A stretch of DNA of 15,499 bases from Selaginella moellendorffii (taxonomy: Eukaryota > Plantae > Lycopodiophyta): NCBI RefSeq assembly GCF_000143415.4, contig NW_003314396.1:1-15499 (forward strand). Reading direction: 5' to 3'. The notes below the pieces were generated by a model, which did not search any database, was not told where the DNA came from, and saw nothing but the letters and a program-made list of their open reading frames with translations. This document shows, piece by piece, positions 1 through 9,768 of the stretch. Position 1 is the first letter of the stretch. Every line of letters begins with the position of its first letter. The position numbers and the translations under genes were made by a program.

Positions 1-440
1 AGAAAATAGCAAAGAGCAAGAGAGTGGAAAACCTTGATTCTAGTCTTGGTTCCAGCCTCGAGAACCTGGAACAAACAGGGACTTGAGAGACTCAAAAAAA
101 ATAGAGCTTAGACCCGATGGCTGTGGAGCTGTGGCTGTCCCGAAGAGAAGTACAGGGACGAAAATTTCTTTTTTTTCTCTTGGTTCCAGCCTCGAGAACC
201 TGGAACAAACAGGGGCTTGAGAGTCTCGAAAAAAATAGAGCTTAGACCCCCGAGGGGAAGTACAGGGACGAAAATTTCTTTTTTTTCTCTTGGTTCCAGC
301 CTCGAGCACCTGGAACAAACAGGAACTTTAAGCCTCGAAAGAGAATAGCAAAAAGCAAGAGAGTGAAAAACCTTGATTCTAGTCGTGGTTCCAGCCTCGA
401 GAACCTGGAACAAATAGGGGCTTGAGAGTCTCGAAAAAAG
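1..440. repeat. Modular tandem repeat array with four copies of a 33-bp core TGGTTCCAGCCTCGAGAACCTGGAACAAACAGG
   Basis: Core starts at 47, 181, 291 and 386 and contains the inverted arms GTTCCAG/CTGGAAC. The linkers themselves recur: AATAGCAAA..CCTTGATTCTAGTC at ~5 and ~344, GAAGTACAGGGACGAAAATTTC at ~147 and ~257, CTTGAGAG.CTC.AAAAAA three times. The array runs off the left edge. Confidence 0.9.
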
Positions 441-444
441 ACTG

Positions 445-585
445 TCATTTTTCCGGCGCGTGGCCATTGACAACGGTTTCCTGAGCTTTTCAATCGGTAG
501 CAGCTTCAGATCTTCACGTACAGCTGACTGTAGCTCTGAGGTGCTCTGCAATGAAGACCACATCAAACACACACACACACAGAGG

Positions 586-634
<49 letters not shown>

Positions 635-680
635 CTTCCCACAAGCGATGATCGACGCTCTCTCCTCGTGCTCACGTGCC
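445..680 (-). pseudogene. Two spliced exons of an unidentified protein gene (fragment)
   Basis: Minus strand: TTTTAG acceptor (682-681), exon 680-635, GT donor (634-633), TTGCAG acceptor (547-546), exon from 545. The joined frame is open: AREHEERASIIACGK/STSELQSAVREDLKLLPIEKLRKPLSMATRRK, then it runs into the repeat array. Product not recognised. Confidence 0.45.
567..631. repeat. Compound microsatellite (AC)7 plus (GA)21
   Basis: AC run 567-580 and GA run 589-630 are directly visible. They lie inside the predicted minus-strand intron 546-634. Confidence 0.97.
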
Positions 681-919
681 CTAAAAGACAATTAAAAGTT
701 TTTATGATCCCAAAAGTCATGACTCCCCATTGTTTAATCTCAGTTGTTAGATTTTGGCATATGCCCAGAATAAGTGACGCTAGCATATGCTATTATTATA
801 CCGGCTCTTTCATTTAAATATATGAGTATTAGCAGAGACCCCAGCTCCGCTGGGAGATATAACATACCCAAGATAAATAGATCTTCTTTTCTAATTTTAG
901 AATGTTAGAAATTTTTATT

Positions 920-1320
920 GTATACAGTGTTGAGATAAACATCTCCAGAGTAATACTTTGCTCTAATAATGCAATTCGATAATAATGCATGTGTTAAGGA
1001 AGATAAAATCATTTATTTATCATCATGAAATTTAAATTTGAGTTTTTTTTATTGCCTTTTCAAAAAGGTGCACAACCCTAAACACATCCACAAGATTGCT
1101 GCCAACCTTTAAAAAAAATTGATTTTTCACAAAATCAAAGAATTATACCAAAGAATAATAGGTTTTATAACTGGTTTGGTGAAGTTATAAATTTAATTGT
1201 GTACTGAGTTAACTTCTTTATTACCTGAATTGTAATGATGCCTTTAAAATTTATAGTTTACTAAAGAATAATAGAATTTCTATTATGTATCTCGTTTTGC
1301 ATTTAAAAACATACATAAGC
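920..1320 (-). pseudogene. Decayed RPA70-like (OB-fold ssDNA-binding) ORF of the Helitron, copy 1
   Basis: One frame reads IIEILLFFSKL*ILKASLQFR**RS*LSTQLNL*LHQTSYKTYYSLV*FFDFVKNQFFLKVGSNLVDVFRVV. This matches the RPA70 DBD-A/B junction pattern (YFSK..LK.A..QF ~30 aa FDF ~13 aa LVDIIG) with similar spacing. Stops in this stretch are all TAA, consistent with CAA>TAA. Plant Helitrons are known to encode RPA70-like proteins. Confidence 0.55.
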
Positions 1321-1461
1321 AAATTTATCCAGATTTCTACCAATACCAATGGCAATAGAGAATAGTTCTAGACATATTGAGAAATTATAAATTGACCAAA
1401 CCTAAGAAATGTAGAATAGTTATTTGCAACATAAGAAGATAATGTAATTTTTCTATAAAAG

Positions 1462-1635
1462 NNNNNNNNNNNNNNNNNNNNNNNNNNNNNNNNNNNNNNN
1501 NNNNNNNNNNNNNNNNNNNNNNNNNNNNNNNNNNNNNNNNNNNNNNNNNNNNNNNNNNNNNNNNNNNNNNNNNNNNNNNNNNNNNNNNNNNNNNNNNNNN
1601 NNNNNNNNNNNNNNNNNNNNNNNNNNNNNNNNNNN
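1462..1635. other. Assembly gap (N run)
   Basis: Run of N. Confidence 1.
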
Positions 1636-4600
1636 GCTGGTGCTTCTTTTTTACTTTTTTGCTAGTGTATTGACAGGCTTTTATTTTTATATATTAGATA
1701 AATAATATTAAAAGCTAATTGTGCCAATTTAGAAATAATACTTTGCCATGACAAATCATGGAAGATGAGGAAAGATAAAGTAAAATATTAAAGCTTTAGT
1801 TTACCATCCACCTGGAGATATAAATTTTTTTAATATTAATAATATTATGTATTTCAAAAGAGTAGGAACATCTTTATATTTTATTTCTTGCTTCAAATAC
1901 CAAATCCATTATCTGGTTCTGAACTAATAACTTTCTACAAGCCTAATATGAAATTCTTATATTTTAATATTCAAATTCACTACTTGAGCTCTGCATTAAT
2001 ATTGAACTCACTAAGTAAGTTACACAAATTGCTACCATGTTTATATTAAACCTCACGGAAATAGAGAATGGTTCTTGGTATCTAATAAGTATAAAATATC
2101 TCATATACATACAAATATGAAATCCATTTCATAGTAATATCTCAAAAAGTATCTACCTCTTATATATTTTTTATTAATCTTCTTGCTCATAACATTATAT
2201 AATTTTTCAGCATCTTTACATAGATTTTATCTTTAGTTAAAATACTGACACATATATTATATAAATATTTTGTTATTGCTCTGCAATTGTATTATGTCAA
2301 TCCCTGAGAGTTGTTACCTAAGCATGACTAAAATATCCAGTTTTTTCATAAGGGTAACTTAAGTTTAAATGAAATACAGAAGTTAATTGTTTCCAAATAG
2401 AGCACAATTATGTGTCATATTTGCAAGATCCTCTGGAAAATATAGAGAATAAATTTTTTTAAAATATAAAATATTAATACACCTCAAAAACCTTTCCAAC
2501 CAGAACATGCTTTAGTATTAGATCAAGAATGTGTAATACATTTTGCAACACTAAGATTACTATGAAAATTAAATGATGAAGAGAAAATATACTTGTGAAA
2601 GAAAAACTTAAAATAAGGAGAAAGAAAACTTGTAGAAATACAATTTTAAAATACTAAAAAGTCTGGTTTATATGAACTTCTCATTAAAAGTTATTAGGCT
2701 ATAATGTAGTAGAATAGCTCTCAATTACAAATCCAGATTTATAGGAATAATGTTGAAAATAATAAACCATACTTCATTAATATTATAATTAGGTGATATC
2801 ACACTAGTAAGCTCTATATGCAAGTTATCATTTCAAACACATTAAAAAATTTTAAAACATTAAACAATTATAGTAAAGATTGTCTCTAGCAAAACATTAA
2901 AAATCATATATCACTAAAAATCTTGAAACTTTAATTTTAACAATACCATAGAAAATAATTATGCAATACTACTTATTATTTATCAAATAATATAAAGAAG
3001 AACATGATTACAAACATACTAACATCTAACACATTGATATGTAATATTATAATCTTTTTTAAATAGTACATTATTGAATGTTTTATAGTAATTAATAATT
3101 ATATAATTAAACATGAGGTTATTTTATTTTATATTTACATTGTTGTATCAAGCCTATCATTTGTGAATAAAATGGTATTAGTGCATTTTATCCTCTGTAC
3201 TTCGTCATTATCCTATTTTAAAAATTAGAACACCGGAATCTAAATTTTAAAGAATAGAAAATAAGCATAAATTTAGGTCTAATATATTATAACAGACATC
3301 AATAATATAGTTCTATAGAAATGATATACGATTATGTATATGTATTACATATAAAAATATTTATTTTAAAATAAAAACTATAAAAATAACATATAGATTA
3401 AAAAAATTATATATCACTAAATATTTGTTTAAATAGGAAAAAATAAGCTAATCCCTAATATTTGTTCTAATATGTCTTTTAAATTTTCTTCTATTTTCTC
3501 AACACCAAATCCATTATCTCATGTTTTAATAAAACACTTTTTCTGGATTAATTTTAAATTGGTAATTATTAATATACAAATTCACTTTTTGCTACTTGGT
3601 TACAATATTTTTACATTTTTTCATGTTGTGAAACCCATTTTTAACACTTTCATTTCATGTCCACTATCTAGATACCTTAAATTAAAAATGCTAATGTCTA
3701 GCAATTTCTAATCAACACGCTATGTCTAAAACTCATGAACCAATAGCACTAAAAGAATTATATTTGTAAATTTAACTCAATTTTCAATTTTAAATATTTA
3801 AAATTTACTCCACATTAATAGTTACTAACACTTGATGTTTAATAATAATTTTATGGAGAACATAGATTTACTCATAACTTTTCTCTACATAATTATTTTT
3901 AATCATGGACAACTTCAAGAAATGAGTTTAAACATTTTGCAAACTGGATATCTATTAAAATAAAAAAACTATAAAAGCTAATTTAATTGAAAGTATATAC
4001 TCTATAAAAGTTTAGGTATTTATGAACTTCAGTTTCATTAAGATGAGATAATGTTTCAGATAAAACATAAATAACTAACATCTTTTATAAAATTCTATAA
4101 ACTTGCAGATATATATTATTGATATTTAATTTTAATGCATTTATAAATGATTATTTTATTAAAATTATTTAGTAATTTACTGATTACTATAACTATTTTA
4201 AAAAAGTTATAATAAATTTTAGGAATTTCAATAAATATAACCTAAAAAATTTAAACAAAAATAAGATAAAAATTTCAAAAAAATATATACAACAAGACAT
4301 AGATTTAATTCTTTTATTAAAATTTTTGATGATATCATATTAAATGAATAAATATGAATAGTTAGGTTTTACTTATCATTTTTTATATAAGATTTATAAT
4401 TTTTAATATAAAGATTTTTTAAGTAGATAAACATTTTAGCCTATTCAGAAAGACCACTGAAAAGTACTTTCTGATTATGGTAAAGTTGGTTATATATGTT
4501 GACATAATAATTAAATGATTTTTATCTTCTTTACTAAAAGAGTAATATACATGGTATGATTTATTTTATCATTCATCTTGAAGTTAAAATATCAATAGAT

Positions 4601-5529
4601 TAGTAAATGTTTGTACATATGATGTAATTATAAAAAATTGAAGCTTATCGAAAGATATTTTTTAAACATAATAAGAATTTATGTAATTCTACTTTAAAAC
4701 ATTTACAATTTATTTAGTGAAATTATTATTTTTAATTGTTAATTCAGATACTATTCATCAGATTATATGAAATCTTCATACCATTACTGCACTTTTCTCA
4801 AACACTTTTTCCACTATCTACATAAATATAAAATATAAAAACTATTTTAAAAAACATTATATAAAAGCAATATATTTTAGCTGGGATTGATATTAGTTGT
4901 AAGATGAATGTTGTAGAAAATGCTAATTTGAAAATAAACTTTGAACTCATAGCAACATTTTTATTTAATTTAGAGTTATCTTTAATATTTAAGTTTATTA
5001 GGAAATTCCTTAGCATTTTTAATGTAATTTAATATAACTATTTCATTTTAGTATTATGTATTATATTTTAATTTATCCTATAATGCTAGAATTCTGCTAT
5101 AATGCTACAATAATATTATAATTATAATTTATATCAATATATTTGTATTCTCATGTTTTTATGAAATTTTCGTTTTCTCTAGATAAAAATTTATGCTTTT
5201 TATCATATCTTTTAAATTTTGGTGAACTTCGATTTTAATTATGAACTATAATTGCTATAAATTGTCTATAAACTAATGTTGCACCAACTTTCCATATATT
5301 TTTATTATTGTGAATATTCAAGTGAAATGACTATAAAATGATGATTAACATACATTACTCCCTCTTTCTATTTTATTCTAAAACCTTAGCAATGTACTCA
5401 TCAAGAAAGCTTAACATGATTAATGGAATCACAAGTCCTCAATCATCAACCATTTTGGAGGTTCTGGTACCATCTAGGCTTTTCAGAGTATTTACTTAAT
5501 AAATATTCAGTTTTAAATGGTGATTATTC

Positions 5530-5680
5530 AGACAACAGTCATGCCCTGGCATGGAATTGAAGAGAACTCGACATTCTTCCAAGTGATCTAGCTTCTGGGC
5601 CTCAACAACAATTGGTTATGCTGAGGCATGTTCTAAAAGGCCTCCATACAGACCCATTACCAAACACATAGATTTTCCTG
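5530..5680 (-). pseudogene. Short PLS-class PPR gene remnant
   Basis: Minus-strand peptides EAF*NMPQHN (5649-5611) and DHLEECRVLFNSMPGHD (5588-5538) resemble the 'GHLEEA..LFD.MP..D' S-type PPR motif. They are broken by a stop and frameshifts. Confidence 0.5.
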
Positions 5681-5769
5681 CTCATTGCTTAGGATCCTGC
5701 TGCTTCTCTTTGCTCTTGTTAGCTGTAAAAGCCTGAATTCAAATACTTTATGATTTGAAAAGTACACAC

Positions 5770-7000
5770 AAAGTGGGAACGCTGGGTTGTATTCCACCAC
5801 CTGTATATTTTTGTAAAGAAATATCCCTGTCTGGCCATGAAATATTTCATCAAGTTCAAAGCAGTAACATTGTAGTGACTCACGTGCTAGAGACTCCTGT
5901 TAGGGAGCTGAATATCACATCACCAATAATAAGAGAGTACTTTTCAACTTCTTGTAATACAAAAGTGCAGTCAAATTTACCACCATGGCCAGCAACATCA
6001 ATCAAAACACTAAAGAAAATCTGCACAATGAAAATCAAGTAAACACACAAAATGAAATTAGATCACAAATCATTACCTCATCTGGTTTCACATGTTCTTC
6101 CTTCATGTCATTGTAGATGGAAAATGATTGCTGCATGCATGAACAGCTGCTGTATAAGGCTCCAGGGATCCTTGGATTCCACACTTGTGCATCATGGTGT
6201 AAACTACGGAGTTTCCCTGAAAAATTTGGCTGTCACAACAAAGCCACAGAAATCATAAAAACCACTTACATCTCCTGCTTTTGAGCATGCGTCCATGAGA
6301 AAACACATTATGGCGTGATTTGGATCTATAGGACTTTCAGACTTCAACTCTGTGAAGACCTCTAATGCTCTTTTCACTGCTCCTGACCGAAGCTTTGATT
6401 AGCTACTTGAAAATGACTCAATCGGATTTTATTTTCTGTCTGACAATGGATTACATAAAGTTGCTGCTAATTGTTGAATCAAATGGCATAAACCTTTGAG
6501 AGCATGATCCTGTAAATTCCAAAAGCAATAGTGAGTTTGCCAGTTTGGGTGCAGCCATCGATGATTGCTCCATATGTAAGAAAGCTGGCTCCAACACAAA
6601 CACTTTCCATTTCACGGAAAACCTGCGCTATAACTGAGTTACTCCAACGAAGGACAGGACCAAAATTTCTTGCTTGAAAGATAAGATCCATCTTAAGAGC
6701 TATTGAACAACGTTGAGATTAGTGTAGTACAAATCATGCAATCTGGCTTACAACCAGCTTGTTTCAGCGCCTAAAAAGCTCCAAAACCCCTACACCTGGC
6801 ATCCCATGTCATGTCAAAACAAGTACTTCAAAACCTTATAAAAATGCTTAATACCATTTACGTTGCAGCAGACTGAAAGAAGCATATTATATCAACAGTC
6901 ACTTTGCATAATCAAGCTATGTACTCGACATAAACCATGGAGACTATAGGTGGCCTGTCGCAAGTCATCTCTTCTCCTCCAGTAATCCTGCTAAGCAATA
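5770..7000 (-). pseudogene. MRL1: MRL1-like chloroplast P-class pentatricopeptide repeat gene, internal fragment, pseudogenised
   Basis: Successive exons with short introns: YNMLLSVCC (to 6855), KQAGCKPDCMICTTLIST (6795-6674, GC donor), VFREMESVCVGASFLTYGAIIDGCTQTGKLTIAFGIYRIMLSK (6622-6494), KIKSD*VIFK*LIKA..SGAVKRALEVFTELKSESPIDPNH..LMDACSKAGD (6435-6270), VYTMMHKCGIQGSLEPYTAAVHACS..IYNDMKEEHVKPDE (6216-6077), IFFSVLIDVAGHGG (6020-5884). These are collinear with MRL1 as I recall it. Stops at 6420-6418 and 6405-6403 plus several frameshifts. Confidence 0.85.
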
Positions 7001-7181
7001 AGCAACAAGTAAGCAATGCAAAGCTTACACCATATCATTCACTGTTAACTTTCACAAAGGCTGGCTTAAATTCCATGCTTGGCAGACTCTGAATCATGTA
7101 AATATGTGGTAGTTATTCTCTCTGTCTCAGTAGAGAATTTTCCTCCTCTTTAGTGCTACTGATATCAGATATAAAAATCAG

Positions 7182-7207
7182 GTGTGTGTGAGAGAGAGAG
7201 AGAGAGA
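7182..7207. repeat. Short compound (GT)n(GA)n microsatellite
   Basis: gtgtgtgtgagagagagagagagaga is directly visible. Confidence 0.9.
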
Positions 7208-7479
7208 ATTTACAGTGGATCGCCACTTCACTCTTTTTTTTTTTTTCTCATCTAGAACATTTTACTCTTCCCTCACTGCACCAAAAAGGCTTGCAATTTT
7301 CAAAAGTAGCGTGTGAAGGTACAGTTGAATACCCATTCTTTGTGTGGGTGGCAGCAGTGTGATAATGTACGTAGGCATCCCCCCCAGAGAGGAGTGCCTC
7401 CACCCATTAGGTCCTGGTGGTTCCACAGCGCCCTGCAGGGAAGACCTCCCTCATTACACACACACACAAATTTTTTTTT

Positions 7480-7581
7480 AACCTTGTAAACAATCAAAAT
7501 GTCTAACTTTGTAAAATTAGAAAATAAGATTTATTTATCTTGAGTATGTTATATCTCCCAGCGGAGCTGGGGTCTTTGCTG
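7480..7581 (+). mobile_element. Helitron 3' terminal segment (~100 bp), same family as the 829 terminus, opposite orientation
   Basis: ...TATCTCCCAGCGGAGCTGGGGTCTTTGCTG|T aligns along its whole length with the reverse complement of ~829-930. The terminal CTRR appears to have lost one base (CTG-T). Confidence 0.75.
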
Positions 7582-8040
7582 TAATAGTACTACACAATAG
7601 GAATAAAGCAGGTAGGTAGAGAACAAAAACAAGTGCCCACACCTGGACATATTCCATAGCAAGGAAAAAAGCTATTTTGATTCACTAAGATCAAGGTACA
7701 GTTCAGTATAGTACTTTTTTCTTTTATAAGTACAGAATTTTTTAAATTCTTACAGATTCAAAAATTCATGGCCTCTGTTGTAGCAAGAAACTGTGTTGTT
7801 GGGATCCAAGGCAGTCCTCCTACAAACACCAGATAAAGTAATAATATCACAAATTATAAATACTAACCTGTAGCCAGCAACGAAGTAATGGACAACAATG
7901 AAGATTTCAAATTGGCAAGCTTATCGGACTCATATCTCGTTACCCATTATACATTTAGCATTGACCATTGAGCATCATAGACCAAAAGAAGAAAAACAAG
8001 AAGAAAAAGAAGGGCAAGAACATCGTGAAGAAGAAGAAAA

Positions 8041-8327
8041 AGCTGTATTTCGTTAAAGTGGGATTTTTCATTATCCCACTTATGGTGTGTGGCCACATGC
8101 CATTTTTATAACAACAATAAAAAATTGAAGTTTTAACTTGATAATTTATAAATTAAAAACTGTGTGATATGATTTTGTGTTATAATATTGTGAAATATAA
8201 AAAAATAAATTAAAAAACTGATAGAAATATTAATAAATATTAATTAAGTACTAAGAAATGGCATGTGGACACATGCTAATTAATGTCCCACTTTACTGAA
8301 TAAGTCCCACTTTAACGAAATAAAGCA
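8041..8327. mobile_element. MITE, probably Tourist/PIF-Harbinger-like (~287 bp)
   Basis: TIRs are GCTGTATTTCGTTAAAGTGGGA (8042-8063) and TCCCACTTTAACGAAATAAAGC (8305-8326), with one mismatch. Subterminal inverted pair GTGGCCACATGCCATTT / AAATGGCATGTGGACAC, AT-rich core, TAA on the right flank and AAA on the left (degenerate TSD). Confidence 0.85.
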
Positions 8328-8698
8328 TAAAAAGAAAAAGCTTAACAAACACAACAAAGTGAAAGCTTGGAAATGGAATAGAAAACGCAGCCTACAGACA
8401 TATGTCCTTTCAGAACCTTTCTTTAGTTGGTTGAATTTTCCTATTTCTTGTACAGAGGTTGAACTTCGTCAAATAATGAGCGCTAGCTTCCCTGTATTTG
8501 GACCATGTCAAAGGATTTCTTAAGGATGGAAACACTTATCAGAGGCAGCAGACACGGTTTATGACGACTTAGCTTGGATTATAAGAGCCTTGTATCAGTG
8601 GCCCATTTCATCACAGAACGATGCTCATCTTCGGATCATCGATCACTGCCAAGAAAATTCGAGGAGGAAGAAGACATGCCAAGCTGCAATACCTGAGG

Positions 8699-9280
8699 AT
8701 GGGAAGTTGGAGAGGGAACATTTTGGTTTTGCTTCTGCTGTCTCTGAGCTTGGGCGTTTTGGCTCATGATGAGAGTGGAGTACACAAGAATGGCTACCAC
8801 AGTTACTCGAGATCCTGTACTTAAGCCGAGAGGATCATCAGGGACACCCTTAGCAAGCACACCGATTGGGAGAGGACGATACCAGCAGGAGTTTTTCACT
8901 TGCACTTCCACGACTGTTTCGTTGACAGGAGAGCTTTGCAAGATTTAAATTCTGGTCTGCTAACTTTGCTTTTCTTCAGGGCTGTGATGGATCGGTTCTT
9001 CTTGACTCAACTCCCACCGATGGAAGTAAAGTGTAAAAATTGTCCCTTCCAAGCTTCATGTCCACCAAGAGCTATCCCTGCGCTCACACTCTAGCCATAG
9101 CTGCCAGAGATTCAACCGTCATGGTAAGTTTAGCATCTTTTTAGAAACACTGGATCAAATTCTAAGATGGAGAGGAAAGAATTACCAAGTCCCAACTGGA
9201 CGTTACAACAGAAGAGTTCCCATCCAGGAACGCGGCAACACCTTACAATCTCCGTTTGAGAATGTGTCAGTTCTCATTAA
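8699..9280 (+). pseudogene. Class III secretory plant peroxidase, 5' half, pseudogene
   Basis: Signal peptide MGSWRGNILVLLLLSLSLGVLA; YSRSCT*AERII (stop 8822-8824); FHLHFHDCFVD (distal His motif with catalytic Arg>His); exon 2 from 8980 GCDGSVLLDST..V*K (stop 9034) with an internal deletion, then CAHTLAIAARDSTV; exon 3 from 9167 is frameshifted (NYQVPTGRYN..SPFENVSVL). First intron donor is missing and no proximal His region is found. Confidence 0.92.
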
Positions 9281-9768
9281 ACAAACACTGGTTATTTTGA
9301 TCGGCTCCAAAACTGTAAAACAGCTGTAAATCACAAAATCTTAGGATTGTACTCCACACAGACCACTGAAAGAATACAGCACTCATATATTCTCTGCCTT
9401 TCAATTCTTTAACGATAGAAAACTGCAACAGAACGACATTGCATTAGTTTTAAAAAGAAAGAAGAAAATTGATTACAAATTCACTGTACCTGGCTTCAAA
9501 TTTCATTACACAAGATCTGGAAAGAACTGCAGGATCTTGCTCGATAAATTTAGTTTCCTTCATAAACCTAAAATTTCCAAAGCTACGAATCTAGAATTCA
9601 AGAGGCACCACCGTTTTTGCCACCATGTAACAATCTTCACCGTTCTTTTGGAGCATCACAGATTTAGTCCGTCCGATTGGGAGCATCCACCATAAGTAAA
9701 AATGGATATTCTAAAAATGGAATATGTGACGCCGATGCCAAAATAGCAACTTTAAATAAAGAGTTTGA

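Larger units (their letters stand above)
829..5350 (-). mobile_element. Decayed Helitron-derived AT-rich block with 3' terminus at 829; 5' end not determined
   Basis: The minus strand reads ...TCCCAGCGGAGCTGGGGTCTCTGCTAA|T: a GC hairpin (840-854), a short spacer, CTRR, then T, which is the canonical Helitron 3' end. The adjacent ~490 bp are homologous to 11310-11790(+). The right boundary is placed only by the composition change, and the gap at 1462-1635 means the block may be composite. Confidence 0.7.

Noticed and set aside
47-418. CRISPR-like appearance (palindromic 33-bp repeat with intervening sequence)
   Set aside because: The spacers are long, unequal and themselves repeated, the context is eukaryotic, and no cas genes are present.
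40-817. ORFs of 63-178 aa in the ORF track
   Set aside because: They are translations of the tandem array and microsatellite (LSLSLS, ERERER); only the short spliced portion is retained as a feature.
1720-1870. Plus-strand VPI*K*YFAMTNHGR*GK, resembling PIF1/Helitron helicase motif V
   Set aside because: It is an isolated motif on the strand opposite the nearby terminus. No Walker A or other helicase motifs were found, and the adjacent paralogous segment appears to read on the minus strand. A profile search is needed.
3472-5016. ORFs 3472-3711 and 4798-5016 (likewise 10848-11060 and 11615-11812) as real genes
   Set aside because: They are F/I/K/N/L-rich frames expected in AT-rich DNA, probably antisense or off-frame shadows of decayed ORFs.
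7290-7470. Possible SINE or structured ncRNA with an (AC)n tail
   Set aside because: No recognisable A/B box, tRNA fold or TSD.
829-7581. Pack-MULE or other TIR transposon defined by the ~100-bp inverted repeat
   Set aside because: There is no TSD, each end has the Helitron hairpin-CTRR form, and the homology continues ~490 bp into a coding relic in another copy.
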